Assembly: GCA_963705305.1 (NCBI GenBank)
Contig: OY970067.1
Location: 2,048,001 to 2,112,000 of the forward strand
Origin: an uncultured Methylomirabilota bacterium
GTDB lineage: Bacteria; Methylomirabilota; Methylomirabilia; Methylomirabilales; 2-02-FULL-66-22
DNA length: 64,000 bases
Direction of reading: 5' to 3'
Made by a program: the position numbers and the translations under genes. This document shows, piece after piece, positions 40,523 to 53,815 of the stretch. Below the pieces are notes generated by a model. It was not told where the DNA came from, made no database searches, and saw only the letters and a program-made list of their open reading frames with translations. Numbering within the stretch: the stretch's first letter is position 1; every line of letters starts with the position of its first letter.

Positions 40523-41401
40523 ATGGGCATGCTCGACCTCGTCATCGCCCAGGTGATCAACGGCTTGGTGCTCGGGTTCCTGTACGTCCTGATCGCCGTG
40601 GGATTGTCCGTCATCTTCGGCATGATCGGCATCGTGAACTTCGCCCACGGGGTGTTTTTCGCGCTGGGTGCCTACTTCGCGCTGACGGTGCGGCCGTTTG
40701 TGGGGAATGCGGGGGTCCTTATCGTCGCGCCCCTCCTCGTAGGGGTGGTGGGCATGCTCGTCGAGGCGACCCTGTTGCGGCCCCTCTACGGCGAGGACCC
40801 GCTACTGGGACTCCTCCTCACCTTCGGCTTGGCCTTATTTGTGGAGGAGTTGATCCGGACGGTGTGGGGCACGCTGGGGTTTCCGTTCAACCCCCCTGCT
40901 TTTCTGGAGGGGTTCCTCGCCTATGGCCCGATCTTCATCACCAAATATCGACTGGCGGTCCTGATTATCACCGTGCTCATCCTTGCGGGTCTTTGGCTCT
41001 TCCTGGAGAAGACGCCATGGGGTCGCATCATCCGGGCGGGGAGCCGGGACGCCGAGATGGTCAGCATGCTCGGCATCAACCTCCGGACGGTCTTCACGGC
41101 TGCCTTCGGGTTCGGGACGGCCCTGGCCGGCGTCGCCGGGGTCCTGGCGGCCCCGCTGTGGACCGTCCAGCCATCCATGGCGGAGCTGGCCATCATGCCG
41201 GCGTTCGTGGTGGTGACGATCGGCGGCCTGGGCAGCTTCCTGGGGTCCGTCATCGCCGGACTGCTGGTCGGGGTGAGTGTCGCCCTATCCATCCAGTTCT
41301 GGCCGCAGGCATCCAGCGCCGTCATGTACGTGTTGATGGCCTTGGTCCTCCTGGTGCGGCCGCGGGGTCTACTCGGCGAGCGGTGGGAGCGATTCGAATG
41401 A
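40523..41401 (+). CDS. Liv-type ABC permease (LivH-like)
   Basis: GLSVIFG..VNFAHG, IGGLGS, RPRGLLG. Confidence 0.92.
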   Translation: MGMLDLVIAQVINGLVLGFLYVLIAVGLSVIFGMIGIVNFAHGVFFALGAYFALTVRPFVGNAGVLIVAPLLVGVVGMLVEATLLRPLYGEDPLLGLLLTFGLALFVEELIRTVWGTLGFPFNPPAFLEGFLAYGPIFITKYRLAVLIITVLILAGLWLFLEKTPWGRIIRAGSRDAEMVSMLGINLRTVFTAAFGFGTALAGVAGVLAAPLWTVQPSMAELAIMPAFVVVTIGGLGSFLGSVIAGLLVGVSVALSIQFWPQASSAVMYVLMALVLLVRPRGLLGERWERFE

Positions 41402-43897
41402 GCCAGCTCAGGCGCACCCTCAACCATCCGATTGTGGTCCTCGCCGTCGTCTTTGCGCTCCTCCCGTTCGTGCTCCCGAGGATCGGCTCCACGGTCAGCC
41501 TGGGCACGGGAGATCGTGCTCTACACGCTGTACGGCATCGGCTACAACCTGCTGCTGGGATATACCGGCCTGGTGTCGTTCGGCCCCTCGGCCTATTTCG
41601 GCGTGGCCGCATACGGGGCCGGGCTGGCCCAGATCCACCTCTCCTCCAACGTGTATCTCGCGGTCATCCTGGGGACGGCCGTCGCAGCCGTCACCGGGGT
41701 CCTCCTGGGCCTGCTGATCCTGCGGCGCCGGGGCCTCTACTTCTCCCTCTTGACCCTGGCGTTCACCCAGCTGTTCTACGAGATTGCGTTTCAGTGGACC
41801 AGTGTGACCGGGGGCGAGAACGGGCTGCAAGGGATCACGCGGCCCAGCCTGGACAACCGCCTGCTGTTCCACGCGTTCTGCTCGATCATCGTCCTCGGCG
41901 CGGTCTACCTGCTGTGGCGAATCGTTCACTCGCCCTTCGGCCGCGTCCTGGAGGCCATCCGGGACAACGAGCAGCGCACCCGCTGCCTGGGGTACAACAC
42001 CGGCCGATACAAGCTGGTGGCCTTCGTCCTCTCGTCCACCTTCATGGGCCTGGCCGGCAGCCTCCTCACCTTTCTGATCCAGGGGGTCTATGCCGATATC
42101 ATGAGCTGGCAGCATGCCGGCGACCCGGTGATGATGACGATTCTCGGCGGGATGCACCATTTCCTGGGGCCGATGTGGGGCAGCGCCGTCTTCGTGATCC
42201 TGCGGGACCAGTTGAGCTCGTACACCGAGCACTGGTGGCTGTTCTTCGGGGCCATTCTCATCGGCTTCATCCTGCTGTCGCCCGAAGGGTTGTCGGGCAT
42301 CTACGCGCGGCTCCGCCGGGGCTCCCGGTGGGGGCTCACCCGCACGGTCATCCCGCCGCGCCCGGCGGCGGTGGGCGTGCCCGGCAACGGCCGCACGGTG
42401 GCCGGCGGCGACGGCCCCATCCTGTCCGTCCATTCGCTGTCCAAGCGGTTCGGCAATCTGGTGGTGGCCGACGCCGTCAATCTGGAGCTTCGCCAGGGCG
42501 AGCTGCACAGCCTGATCGGACCGAACGGCGCGGGCAAGACGACGCTCTTCAACATGCTGACAGGACTCGTGCCCAGCGACGGGGGCGAGGTGCGCTTCAA
42601 GGGGCGCAGTCTCAACTCCATGACGCCGGACAAGCGAATCAACGCCGGGCTGGGCCGCTCCTTCCAGATCCTCAGCATGTTCAAGAATCTGACCGTCTTC
42701 GAAAACGTGCGGGTGGCCGTGCAGGCGCGCTCGCCGCACCGCTTCTCGCTGTGGCGGGACGCCTACGCCATCCCCGACATCATCGAGCGCACGTGGGCGA
42801 TCCTCGATTCCGTCGGTTTGGGGGACCGGGTCAAGGAGACCGCCAACGACCTCCCGCACGGGGAGCAGCGCCTGCTGGAGATCGCGATCACCCTGGCCAC
42901 CGAGCCGGAGGTCCTGCTCTTGGACGAGCCCCTGGCCGGCCTGGCCAGCGACGATCGGGAGCGGATCGCCGCCCTGATTCGGCGGCTGGCCGGCCAGCAC
43001 AGCATCCTCCTGATCGAGCACGACATCGACCGGGTCATCGCGCTCTCCGATCAGATCACGGTCCTGCACCAGGGGCAGATCATCGCGGAGGGGGAGCCCC
43101 AGGCGGTCGTCAATCACCCGCAGGTGGTCACAGCCTATCTTGGGCGGCGTGAGGAGGCCCACCCCGCGGTGACCGTCGGCGTCCGCACCGCCCGGCCGGG
43201 GGCTGCGGAGGCGATTCTCACCCTGCAAAACGTCACCTCCGGCTACGGGGGAAGCCGCGTCCTGCACAATGTGAACCTGGAAGTGGGCAAGGGCGAGCTT
43301 GTGGCCCTGCTCGGACGAAACGGCGTCGGCAAGACCACCACCCTGCGGACCATCATCGGCGCGGTCAAGCCCATGGCCGGGACCATCAAGCTCCACGGCC
43401 AGCGGATCGGGGGGCGGCCGCCCCATCGGATCAACCACGCGGGGATTTCCATCGTTCCCGAAGGGCGCCGCATCTTTCCCAATCTCACGGTCCTGGACAA
43501 CCTGCAGCTGGCCCAGCGTCCGGGGGGATGGAGCGTGGAGGAGGCCTTCGCCCTTTTCCCCGCGCTCCGCGGGATCCAAGCGTCCAAGGGGGAAAGCCTG
43601 AGCGGGGGCGAGCTGCAGATGCTGGCCATCGCCCGGGCCCTGATGGCGCCGACCGACCTCCTGCTCTTGGACGAGCCGCTGGAAGGTCTGGCGCCCGCGA
43701 TCGTGAACGAGGTCCTGACGGCCATCGGGAAGCTGCAGGGGCACGCCAGCATCCTCATCGTGGAGCAGAAGGTCGACCTCATTCTCCAGATGGCCGACCG
43801 CGCCTATGTGATGGTCAACGGCGAAATCGCCTACGCAGGCGATGCGGAGACATTGCGACACGACGAAAGCCTGAAAGTACGCCTCCTGGGCGTGTGA
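41398..43897 (+). CDS. Fused LivM permease + two ABC ATPase domains; +1 frameshift near 41509
   Basis: TGGENG, GPNGAGKT, GRNGVGKT, LSGGE. Start ATG 41398 overlaps the livH stop; extra G at 41508-41510. Confidence 0.88.
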
Positions 43898-44068
43898 GAG
43901 GAAGGGGGCGTGGCACGGCCCCCTTCATCCGCTCCAGGGCTTCGGACCCGGGCCAACCCTCGGAGACCAATTCGGCTGGCGCCGCGACGGGTGTCGGCCC
44001 CCGGGGGGTCGTGGCGGCAACGGCCGGAATTCCCGGCGATTACCGGCGCCTCGACGCCGCCGCGTCGG

Positions 44069-44097
44069 TTGACACCGGCGGGATTCCCTGCTAGGTT
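44069..44097 (+). promoter_or_regulatory. Sigma70 promoter with extended -10 upstream of ileS
   Basis: TTGACA-17 bp-TAGGTT, with TG one base upstream of the -10. Confidence 0.6.
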
Positions 44098-44133
44098 TGA
44101 CTGCCTCACGCCGCCTCTGCGATACCATGGACG

Positions 44134-44160
44134 ACGCCCCGGGGTGGGGCGTTTTTTCTT
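44134..44160 (+). terminator. Intrinsic terminator-like hairpin
   Basis: ACGCCCC-GGGGT-GGGGCGT then TTTTTCTT. Confidence 0.6.
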
Positions 44161-44262
44161 GGCGGGATCCCTCTCCCGGGAGGCTCGGCGCGCCGGCGAG
44201 TCTTGCCGGGGTGGAGAGGGAACTGCGGGCGTGCCCGCCGCTCCCGAAGGACCGAAGCCGAC

Positions 44263-47031
44263 ATGGACTACAAGGCCACGCTGAACCTGCCCAAGACCGA
44301 TTTCCCCATGCGCGCCAACCTGCCGGAGCGCGAGCCCGAGAGGCTGCGCCGCTGGGAGACGCAGCGCCTGTACCAGCTGCTGCGAGCGGCGCGGGCCGGC
44401 CGGGAGATGTGGGTGCTGCATGACGGGCCTCCCTACGCCAACGGCCGCATCCACATGGGCCACGCCCTCAACAAGATCCTGAAGGACTTCATCATCAAGT
44501 CCCGCTCCATGCGGGGCGACGATGCCGTGTATGTGCCGGGCTGGGACTGCCACGGGCTGCCCATCGAGCACCAGGTGGACAAAGAGCTGGGAGGCAGGGC
44601 TCAAGAGATTCCCATCCCCGAGAAGCGGCGGATGTGCCGCGCCTATGCGGAAAAATACATCAACATCCAGCGGGAGGAGTTCCGGCGGCTGGGGGTGCTC
44701 GGCAACTGGGACGCCCCCTACCTCACCATGGATTTCCGGTACGAGGCCAACATCTTCCGCGAACTGGCCAAGTTCGTCCTGGCCGGCAGCGTCTACCGGG
44801 GCTTGAAGCCGGTGCACTGGTGCACCTCCTGCCTGACGGCGCTGGCCGAGGCGGAGGTGGAATACCAGGATCATACGTCCCCCTCGATCTACGTGGTGTT
44901 CCCGCTGGCCTCGGATCCGGCCGCGCTCGATCCCGGCCTGGCCGGGGCCTCCGTCGGCGTCGCCATCTGGACCACCACGCCGTGGACCCTGCCCGCCAAC
45001 CTGGCCATCGTCGTCCATCCCACGGAGGACTACGTGGTCATCCGGAGCGGCGGACGGCATCTCATCCTGGCGGAAAAGCGGCTGGAAGAGACGGCCCGGA
45101 CGTGCCGGCTGGCCAGCCCCGCCGTCGTCTGCCGCTTTCCCGGCTCCCGGCTGGAAGGCCTGGCCGCCCGCCACCCCTGGCTCGACCGTCCCTCGCCCAT
45201 CTTCACCGCCGAGTACGTGACCATGGACCAGGGAACGGGCTGCGTCCACACGGCGCCGGGCCACGGGGCCGACGACTACGAGACCGGGATGAAGCACGCG
45301 CTCCCCGTGTACAACCCGGTGGACGACCAGGGACGCTTCGTGCCGGACGTGGCCCACTTCGCCGGAATGAACGTCTGGGAGGCGAACCGGGCCATCATCG
45401 AAAAGCTGCGGGCCGACGGGACACTCCTCCACGCCGAGCCGTTCCAGCACACCTACCCCCATTGCTGGCGCTGCAAGAACCCCATCCTCTTCCGGGCCAC
45501 CACCCAGTGGTTCATCTCCATGGAGGCCAACCAGCTGCGCCAGAAGGCGCTGGACGGCATCCGGCAGGTGCGCTGGATCCCGTCCTGGGGGGAGGAGCGG
45601 ATCGCGGGGATGATCGCCAACCGGCCGGACTGGTGCATCTCCCGCCAGCGGGCCTGGGGCGTGCCCATCGCCCTGCTGGTGTGCACGGCCTGCAACGGCC
45701 TGCTGGCCGATCCGGCCGTCCTGGAGCATGTGGCGTCCCTCATGGACCGGGAGGGGGCCGATGCCTGGTTTGCGCGGGAGGCGGCGGATCTCGTCCCGCC
45801 GGGCACGACCTGTCCAACCTGCGGGGGCACCGCGTTCCGGAAGGAGAAGGACATCCTGGACGTCTGGTTCGACTCGGGGGTCAGCCAGGCGGCCGTGCTG
45901 CGGGTCCGGCCCGACCAGCACTGGCCGGCGGAGATGTACCTGGAGGGGAGCGATCAGCATCGGGGCTGGTTCCACTCGTCCCTGCTGGCCGCCGTCGGTG
46001 TCCAGGGAGGGCCGCCGTACAGGTCGGTCCTCACCCACGGCTTCGTCGTGGACGGCGAGGGCCGCAAGATGTCCAAGTCCCTGGGGAACGTCATCTCTCC
46101 CCAGGAGGTGATCGAGAAGTACGGGGCGGAGATCCTGCGCCTGTGGGTGGCGGCCGAGGACTACCGGGACGACATCCGCCTGTCCGACGAGATCCTCACC
46201 CGCCTGGCCGAGGGGTACCGGCGCATCCGAAACACCTGCCGGTACCTGCTGGGAAACCTGTACGACTTCGATCCGGGCCGGGACGCGCTGCCGGCCGCCT
46301 CGCTCTTGCCCATCGATCGCTTCATCCTGCACCGGCTGCAGCGACTGACGGAGCGGGTGCGCGCCGCCTACGAGAGCTACGAGTTCCACGTCCTGTACCA
46401 CAGCCTGCACAATTTCTGCGCCGTGGATCTCAGCGCATTCTACCTGGACGTCCTGAAGGACCGGCTCTACACCTCGCCCCCCGCGTCGCCCCTGCGGCGC
46501 TCGGCGCAGACGGCCCTGTTCGAGGTGCTGGCGGCGCTGGTGAGGCTGATGGCGCCGGTGCTCTCCTTCACCGCGGATGAGGTGTGGGGGTATCTCCCCA
46601 TGCGGGACAAGCCGGCCAGCGTCCACCTGGCCGAGTTTCCGTCGGTGCGGGCGGAGTTGATCGACGAGCCGCTGGCCCAGGAGTGGGAGCGCTTGCTGGG
46701 GGTCCGGGACGAGGTGCTGCGGGGTCTGGAGCTGGCGCGGAAGGAGAAGCGAATCGGCAGCTCCCAGGAGGCCGCCGTCGAGCTGGAGGCGCCCGAGCCG
46801 GACGAGGCGTTCCTGGCGGCCCACCGCGAGGAGCTGGAGACGATCTGCATCGTGTCGCGCCTGGCGGTGCGGCGGGGCGGCCAGCCGGCCGGATCCGGTC
46901 TCGTGGTGAAGGTGACGCGCGCGCCGGGGACGAAGTGCCAGCGCTGCTGGAATTACCGGGAGGACATCGGAAATTCTGCGTCGCACCCGGAGCTCTGCCG
47001 GCGCTGTGCGGAGGCGCTGCAGGGGTCATGA
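44263..47031 (+). CDS. ileS: Isoleucine--tRNA ligase
   Basis: [28 protein letters not shown]-terminal Zn finger. Confidence 0.98.
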   Translation: MDYKATLNLPKTDFPMRANLPEREPERLRRWETQRLYQLLRAARAGREMWVLHDGPPYANGRIHMGHALNKILKDFIIKSRSMRGDDAVYVPGWDCHGLPIEHQVDKELGGRAQEIPIPEKRRMCRAYAEKYINIQREEFRRLGVLGNWDAPYLTMDFRYEANIFRELAKFVLAGSVYRGLKPVHWCTSCLTALAEAEVEYQDHTSPSIYVVFPLASDPAALDPGLAGASVGVAIWTTTPWTLPANLAIVVHPTEDYVVIRSGGRHLILAEKRLEETARTCRLASPAVVCRFPGSRLEGLAARHPWLDRPSPIFTAEYVTMDQGTGCVHTAPGHGADDYETGMKHALPVYNPVDDQGRFVPDVAHFAGMNVWEANRAIIEKLRADGTLLHAEPFQHTYPHCWRCKNPILFRATTQWFISMEANQLRQKALDGIRQVRWIPSWGEERIAGMIANRPDWCISRQRAWGVPIALLVCTACNGLLADPAVLEHVASLMDREGADAWFAREAADLVPPGTTCPTCGGTAFRKEKDILDVWFDSGVSQAAVLRVRPDQHWPAEMYLEGSDQHRGWFHSSLLAAVGVQGGPPYRSVLTHGFVVDGEGRKMSKSLGNVISPQEVIEKYGAEILRLWVAAEDYRDDIRLSDEILTRLAEGYRRIRNTCRYLLGNLYDFDPGRDALPAASLLPIDRFILHRLQRLTERVRAAYESYEFHVLYHSLHNFCAVDLSAFYLDVLKDRLYTSPPASPLRRSAQTALFEVLAALVRLMAPVLSFTADEVWGYLPMRDKPASVHLAEFPSVRAELIDEPLAQEWERLLGVRDEVLRGLELARKEKRIGSSQEAAVELEAPEPDEAFLAAHREELETICIVSRLAVRRGGQPAGSGLVVKVTRAPGTKCQRCWNYREDIGNSASHPELCRRCAEALQGS

Positions 47032-47513
47032 GCTTTTTTCTCACGGCCCTGGCCGTCATCCTTCTGGACCAAGCGACCAAGGAAGTCATCGTCCGGTCCC
47101 TGCAGCTGGGCCAGACCATTTCGGTGGTGCCGGGTTTCTTCGATATCAGCTTCGTCCTGAATCCGGGGGCCGCCTTCGGATTTCTGGCCGGTCTGCCCGA
47201 GGAGGTGCGCAACCCGTTCTTCATAGCCATCTCCGTGGCGGCCATCGTCCTCATCCTGGTCTACCGGCTCCGGGTCATGCCGCGGGCCGGCCTGGTCTCC
47301 ACGGCCTTGGCCCTGATCCTGGGCGGGGCGTCCGGCAACCTGATCGATCGACTGCGCTACGGGATGGTCGTAGACTTCCTGGACGTTCACCTGCACCAGT
47401 ATCACTGGCCGTCCTTCAACGCCGCCGACTCGGCCATCTCGATCGGGGTGGGCCTGATGCTGCTGGACCTGCTCCTGGAATGGTTCCGGGAGCCGCCCGC
47501 GACCCGTCCGTGA
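47028..47513 (+). CDS. lspA: Lipoprotein signal peptidase
   Basis: DQATK, NPGAAFG, GNLIDR, VVDF, FNAAD. Confidence 0.96.
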   Translation: MSFFLTALAVILLDQATKEVIVRSLQLGQTISVVPGFFDISFVLNPGAAFGFLAGLPEEVRNPFFIAISVAAIVLILVYRLRVMPRAGLVSTALALILGGASGNLIDRLRYGMVVDFLDVHLHQYHWPSFNAADSAISIGVGLMLLDLLLEWFREPPATRP

Positions 47514-47546
47514 GGCCGGCCTGGTCGGCCGGCCGCCTTCCCTACC

Positions 47547-48566
47547 ATGGACCTGCATGAGTTTGTCGTGGGGGCGAACGAGGCGGGCCAGCGCCTGGAC
47601 ATGTTCCTGGCGCGGGTGAGCGGGCTGTCGCGCGCCCACATCCAGCGACTGATCGCCGAGGGGCGGGTGCTGGTGGACGGGCATCCGCAGAAGCCGGGCC
47701 GCGCGGTGAATCCGGGAGGGCGCATCCGGCTGGAGATTCCGCCGGCCGTCCCGCTGGCCTTGGTCCCGGAGATCATGCCCCTGGATATCCTGCACGAGGA
47801 TTCCCACCTGCTGGTGCTGAACAAGCCCGCGGGGCTGGTGGTCCATCCGGGGGCCGGCCGGCGCACGGGCACGCTGGTGCACGGCCTGCTGGCGCACTGC
47901 CGGGAGCTGCCGGGAATCGGCGGCGTGGAGCGTCCGGGCATCGTGCATCGCCTGGATCGGGACACCTCCGGGGTCATGGTGGTGGCCAAGACGGAAGCCG
48001 CGCACCACGCGCTCAGCCTGCAGTTCAAGACCCGCGTGGTACAGAAATGGTATCTAGCCCTGGTGCACGGCGAGATGCGGGAGGGGGCGGGGCGGATCGA
48101 GGCGGCCATCGGGCGGCGCGAGACCGACCGGCAGCGCATGGGCGTCCGGGAGCGCGGCGGCCGGGAGGCCCGCACCGCCTACCGGGTGCTCCGACGGCTG
48201 CCCGGGATGACCCTGGTTGAGCTCCGTCTGGAGACGGGCCGCACCCACCAGATCCGGGTGCACCTGGCGCATATCGGCCATCCCGTGGTCGGTGATCGGG
48301 TGTACGGGGGACGGCGGGAGCGCCGCCGGACCGGCCAGGAGGGCCCGGCCGCCGAGCGGCAGATGCTGCATGCCTGGCGGCTCGGATTCCAGCATCCGCA
48401 GGACGGAGCCTGGAGAGAGTTCACCGCCCCGCTGCCTGCGGACTTCCTCCGGTTGGCCGGCGAGATCCCGCCGGGTCCCGTCGGTCACTCCCCGGAAGCG
48501 GGAGACGACGGGACCCGGCGGGAACCGGCGCAACGGAGAGGTAGCAGTCTTCCGCCGACAGGGTGA
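47547..48566 (+). CDS. rluD: RluA-family pseudouridine synthase with S4 domain
   Basis: NKPAGLVVHP, VHRLDRDTSG, TGRTHQIRVH; follows lspA. Confidence 0.9.
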   Translation: MDLHEFVVGANEAGQRLDMFLARVSGLSRAHIQRLIAEGRVLVDGHPQKPGRAVNPGGRIRLEIPPAVPLALVPEIMPLDILHEDSHLLVLNKPAGLVVHPGAGRRTGTLVHGLLAHCRELPGIGGVERPGIVHRLDRDTSGVMVVAKTEAAHHALSLQFKTRVVQKWYLALVHGEMREGAGRIEAAIGRRETDRQRMGVRERGGREARTAYRVLRRLPGMTLVELRLETGRTHQIRVHLAHIGHPVVGDRVYGGRRERRRTGQEGPAAERQMLHAWRLGFQHPQDGAWREFTAPLPADFLRLAGEIPPGPVGHSPEAGDDGTRREPAQRRGSSLPPTG

Positions 48567-48605
48567 GACCGCCGCCGTCGATTAGCCCCAATCCAAAAAA
48601 CTCTC

Positions 48606-48691
48606 ACCGCCAAGGCGCCAAGGAAAAATTCGAATTTCGAAGTTCGAATTTCGAAATTGAAAGGTGCGACCTTGGCGTCATGGCGGTTCAA
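48606..48691. repeat. Intergenic inverted repeat enclosing palindromic heptamer repeats
   Basis: ACCGCCAAGGCGCCAAGG ... CCTTGGCGTCATGGCGGT enclosing TTCGAAT-type units; the right arm is identical over 23 bp to 8452-8474. Confidence 0.6.
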
Positions 48692-48710
48692 CAGTTCTTT
48701 CGGATGAGGG

Positions 48711-48914
48711 TCAGGAGGTGACGACCTTCACCTGGATGGCCTTGGGCCGCCCTCGATCGTCCTGACCGAGCTCGAACTCGACGGTCTCCCCCTCACGAAG
48801 TGTCTGCCCCCCCTCAACGTCGCTGGCGTGGACGAAGGCGTCGGGCCCTTTATCCTCGCGCACGATAAATCCGAAGCGCTTCGTGACGTTGAACCACTTC
48901 ACTGTCCCCTTCAT
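48711..48914 (-). CDS. Cold-shock protein
   Basis: KGTVKWFN..FGFI...AFVH; GAGGAGG RBS. Confidence 0.95.
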   Translation of the reverse strand: MKGTVKWFNVTKRFGFIVREDKGPDAFVHASDVEGGQTLREGETVEFELGQDDRGRPKAIQVKVVTS

Positions 48915-49042
48915 GGTGTCCTCCTCCCCGTGGGTTGGTCCAGCCAGGGTGACTCCGGCCGGCCGGCGGAGCCGGTCTCGCCTGTTGGGGCGCCCTCAGC
49001 CGAAATCGTGCCGGGCTGGTGGTGGTAGTGGAAACCCTCCGT

Positions 49043-50070
49043 TCAGTTGCTGACGGCAGCCAGACCGTTGTCGGCCGCGGGCTCGTTCGCCTGCCGGAGC
49101 TCCGAGAGCGAGCGCGTCTGGCGATCGAACAGAAAGACTTTCGGCTTCCCGTTGCCGCGGTCGGATTCAAAGACGATGAACCGGCCGTCGGCGCTCAGCG
49201 AGGGGAATCCGTTAAACGCGTTCGGATCGTTCAGCTCCGGCAACGGGTCGAGCTGTCGCGTCTCCCGATCGAAGAGGAAGACGTCGAACTGGCCGTGCCG
49301 GCGGTTCGACTGGAAGACGATGAACCGGCCGTCGGCGCTGATGGAGGGGTACTCGTCGCTGGCCTGATAGCTGTTGGCCTCCTCCAGCGGGTCCAGCCGC
49401 CCGAATTTGCGATCCAGAAGATAGATATGGTTCCGCCCCCCCCGGCGATCGGAGGTGAAGACCACGAACCGTCCGGGGACCGGAGGCGAGGCCGGGATCT
49501 CCAGGATGCCGACGTTGGAGGGGCCGCCGGCCCCATCCGGCGGTACCACGATGACGGGGAGGTCGCCGGGGCTGTCGAAGAGCCGGAAGGTGATCGCCGC
49601 GTCCAGCTCCTCTGCGGACCGGAAGCGGGTGGCGGCCGGTTGCCCGTTGATATGGACGACCGAGTCCGGCTGGAATCCGCGGCCCCGCACGACGAGCGTT
49701 TGCGGCGCGTCCCCCATCTTCTCTGCCCGGATCGTGAGCTCGGTGATCACGGGGGCGGGGGCGCCGGCCGCCCCGGCCGCCGCGGCGAGGACCGGCAGAC
49801 AGAGCACGGAAAGGCAGGCCAGCCACCAGGCCCGGCCGCGAGCCCTTCGAGAGCGTCCGGGAGTGCGCAGGAGAGCCCATGGCCGCCGGCCCAGCCGTGG
49901 GTTCGCTGCCGGCGTCTGCCGCCCAGGCTGCTCAAAAGGGCCCAGATGCAAGGCGGCGCGCGATGGGCGGGGCACCCGCCACAGGCGGGTCAGGGCGTAC
50001 TTCCGGTACGCCGCAACGAGCGCCCAAGCGCACCAACGCCGCAGATGGGCCTTTTTGAGCAGCCTGCTCA

Positions 50071-50074
<4 letters not shown>
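49043..50074 (-). CDS. Exported IPT/TIG-like + TolB-type (PD40) repeat protein; N-terminus contains a MITE
   Basis: Repeats [14 protein letters not shown] / [14 protein letters not shown]; hydrophobic signal; ATGA overlap with uvrB. Confidence 0.75.
49924..50066. repeat. MITE-like element, same family as 8143-8276
   Basis: CAGGCTGCTCAAAAGGGCCCAGATGC ... GCAGATGGGCCTTTTTGAGCAGCCTG. Confidence 0.8.
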
Positions 50075-52170
<2,096 letters not shown>

Positions 52171-52180
52171 CCGTAGTCTT

Positions 52181-52729
52181 TCAGCGCGGCAGAGCCGGCG
52201 GCGCTCCCCCATCGATGTCCAGCGGAAGATACTTGCGCCAGCCCTCGTACTGGGGGGATGCCCGGGCCAGGATGCCCAGGTAAGAAAATGAGTGCGGCCT
52301 GGTGGGCTTGCGGAGGAGGTGCATTCCGGCTTCGCCGGGTCGTCGGTTTCCCTTCTTCAAGTTGCAGGCCCGGCAGGCGCTGACCACGTTCTCCCAGACG
52401 GTGCGTCCCCCCAGGGACTTGGGGATGATATGGTCGATGGTCATGCGCTCGCCGCCATTGCGACCACAGTATTGGCAGGTGTAGGCATCCCGCTTCAGGA
52501 TGTTCTTCTTGTTAAAGGAGATCGCCGGCGTGATCGGTTTCCGCACGAAGTGCTGGAGCCGGATCACCAAGGGAACCGCGAAGGCAAGGGAGGGCGAGCG
52601 CATGACCAGCGCGGTGTCTTCGACCCGTTCGGCTTTTCCGGTGAAGAGGAGAATCACCGCCCTCCGAGTTCCGCAGACCTGCAACGGCTCGAAGGTTTGG
52701 TTCAGGATGAGTACTTTGCGAGAGTCCAT
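52181..52729 (-). CDS. HNH endonuclease (McrA-like)
   Basis: [10 protein letters not shown]...TIDHIIP..GG...[12 protein letters not shown]. Confidence 0.92.
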   Translation of the reverse strand: MDSRKVLILNQTFEPLQVCGTRRAVILLFTGKAERVEDTALVMRSPSLAFAVPLVIRLQHFVRKPITPAISFNKKNILKRDAYTCQYCGRNGGERMTIDHIIPKSLGGRTVWENVVSACRACNLKKGNRRPGEAGMHLLRKPTRPHSFSYLGILARASPQYEGWRKYLPLDIDGGAPPALPR

Positions 52730-52812
52730 GGAGCGATGGTGGAGTTGAAGGCTCCGGCGCCCTCCATCTTACTTAATCGTTCCTACTTGTGTAGCAAATC
52801 ACCCCGGCGTTG

Positions 52813-53772
52813 TCAAGTTTCCCGATTCGCCGGACCGTTTGAGGAGAGTTGCCGAAAGAAATGGAGGAGGATGCCTTCTCTCAATCCTCCGTCGCTGACA
52901 GTGAGATCGGCGAAATTCCACGTTTCCATGACGATCTGGCAGATCAGCGCCCCCGCCACGATAACGTCCGCCCGGCCCGGCTCCAGGCCGGGCACCTGCC
53001 GCCGGGCCGACAACGGCAAGCCCGCCAGTTCCCGGGTCAGGCTGGCGACCCGACGGAGGGGGAGCCGGTGTCCATTGACCCGGGCCGGATCGTAAGGATC
53101 GAGGCGCAAATCGATCGCCGACAGGGTGGTGACGGTGCCGGCGGTGCCAACGAAGCGCGTCCCCGGATCCAGCGCGGCCGGGCCGACCCTCTCCAGCCGG
53201 GCCAGCCGCCGGGAGACGGCGTCCCGGATGGCGGCCAGTTCGGGCGGCGCGGGCGGGTCGCTCCTACAATAGGCCTCGGTGAGCTTCACAACCCCCAGGC
53301 CGGTGCTCTCGGCCTCCAGAATCGTCGCTCCGCGCGCCAGGAGGAACTCCGTGCTCCCGCCCCCGATGTCCATGAGGAGCATGTGATCCGGAGGCTCGGG
53401 GAGAGCCGCTCGGACGCCGAGGAGTGTGAGGCGGGCCTCTTCCTCGCCGGAGATGACGCGGATGTCGAGACCGGCCTCCCGTCGGGCGCCGTCCAGGAAG
53501 ACCTCCCTGTTCCGCGCCTCGCGCAGGGCGCTGGTCCCCAGCGCCGTTACGACGGTGGCCCCGTGGTCGGCGGCGAAGCGCTGGAACCGCCGCAGGACGA
53601 CCAGGCTGCGCTGCATGGCGTCGGGCCGGAGCAGCCGGGTCGGCAACAGCCCTTGTCCCAGGCGCGTGATCTCCTGGGCGGCGAAGACAGGCCGGTAGCC
53701 GCCCGCGCCGTCCGAATCGGCGATCAACAGACGCAGGGTGTTCGTCCCGACATCCACGACGGCGGCGCGCAC
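52813..53772 (-). CDS. ppx: Ppx/GppA exopolyphosphatase
   Basis: DVGTNT, TSALR, GEEEA, DIGGGSTE, GLREG. Confidence 0.92.
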   Translation of the reverse strand: MRAAVVDVGTNTLRLLIADSDGAGGYRPVFAAQEITRLGQGLLPTRLLRPDAMQRSLVVLRRFQRFAADHGATVVTALGTSALREARNREVFLDGARREAGLDIRVISGEEEARLTLLGVRAALPEPPDHMLLMDIGGGSTEFLLARGATILEAESTGLGVVKLTEAYCRSDPPAPPELAAIRDAVSRRLARLERVGPAALDPGTRFVGTAGTVTTLSAIDLRLDPYDPARVNGHRLPLRRVASLTRELAGLPLSARRQVPGLEPGRADVIVAGALICQIVMETWNFADLTVSDGGLREGILLHFFRQLSSNGPANRET

Positions 53773-53815
53773 AACACCTCCAATGCAAAACTAACAACCG
53801 ACAATGCAAAACCGG

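Noticed and set aside
44100..44260. T-box riboswitch for ileS
   Set aside because: No TGGNACC antiterminator bulge, and too little room for stem I before the hairpin.
43831..46986. Very long antisense or alternate-frame ORFs (e.g. 1051 aa opposite ileS, 40429-43152, 34033-36123, 2440-4068)
   Set aside because: Shadow ORFs caused by high-GC codon bias over well-supported genes; no motifs.
52181..52729. HNH nuclease as part of a defence system or IscB/Cas9
   Set aside because: Short stand-alone HNH in housekeeping context, with no RuvC motifs or partner genes.
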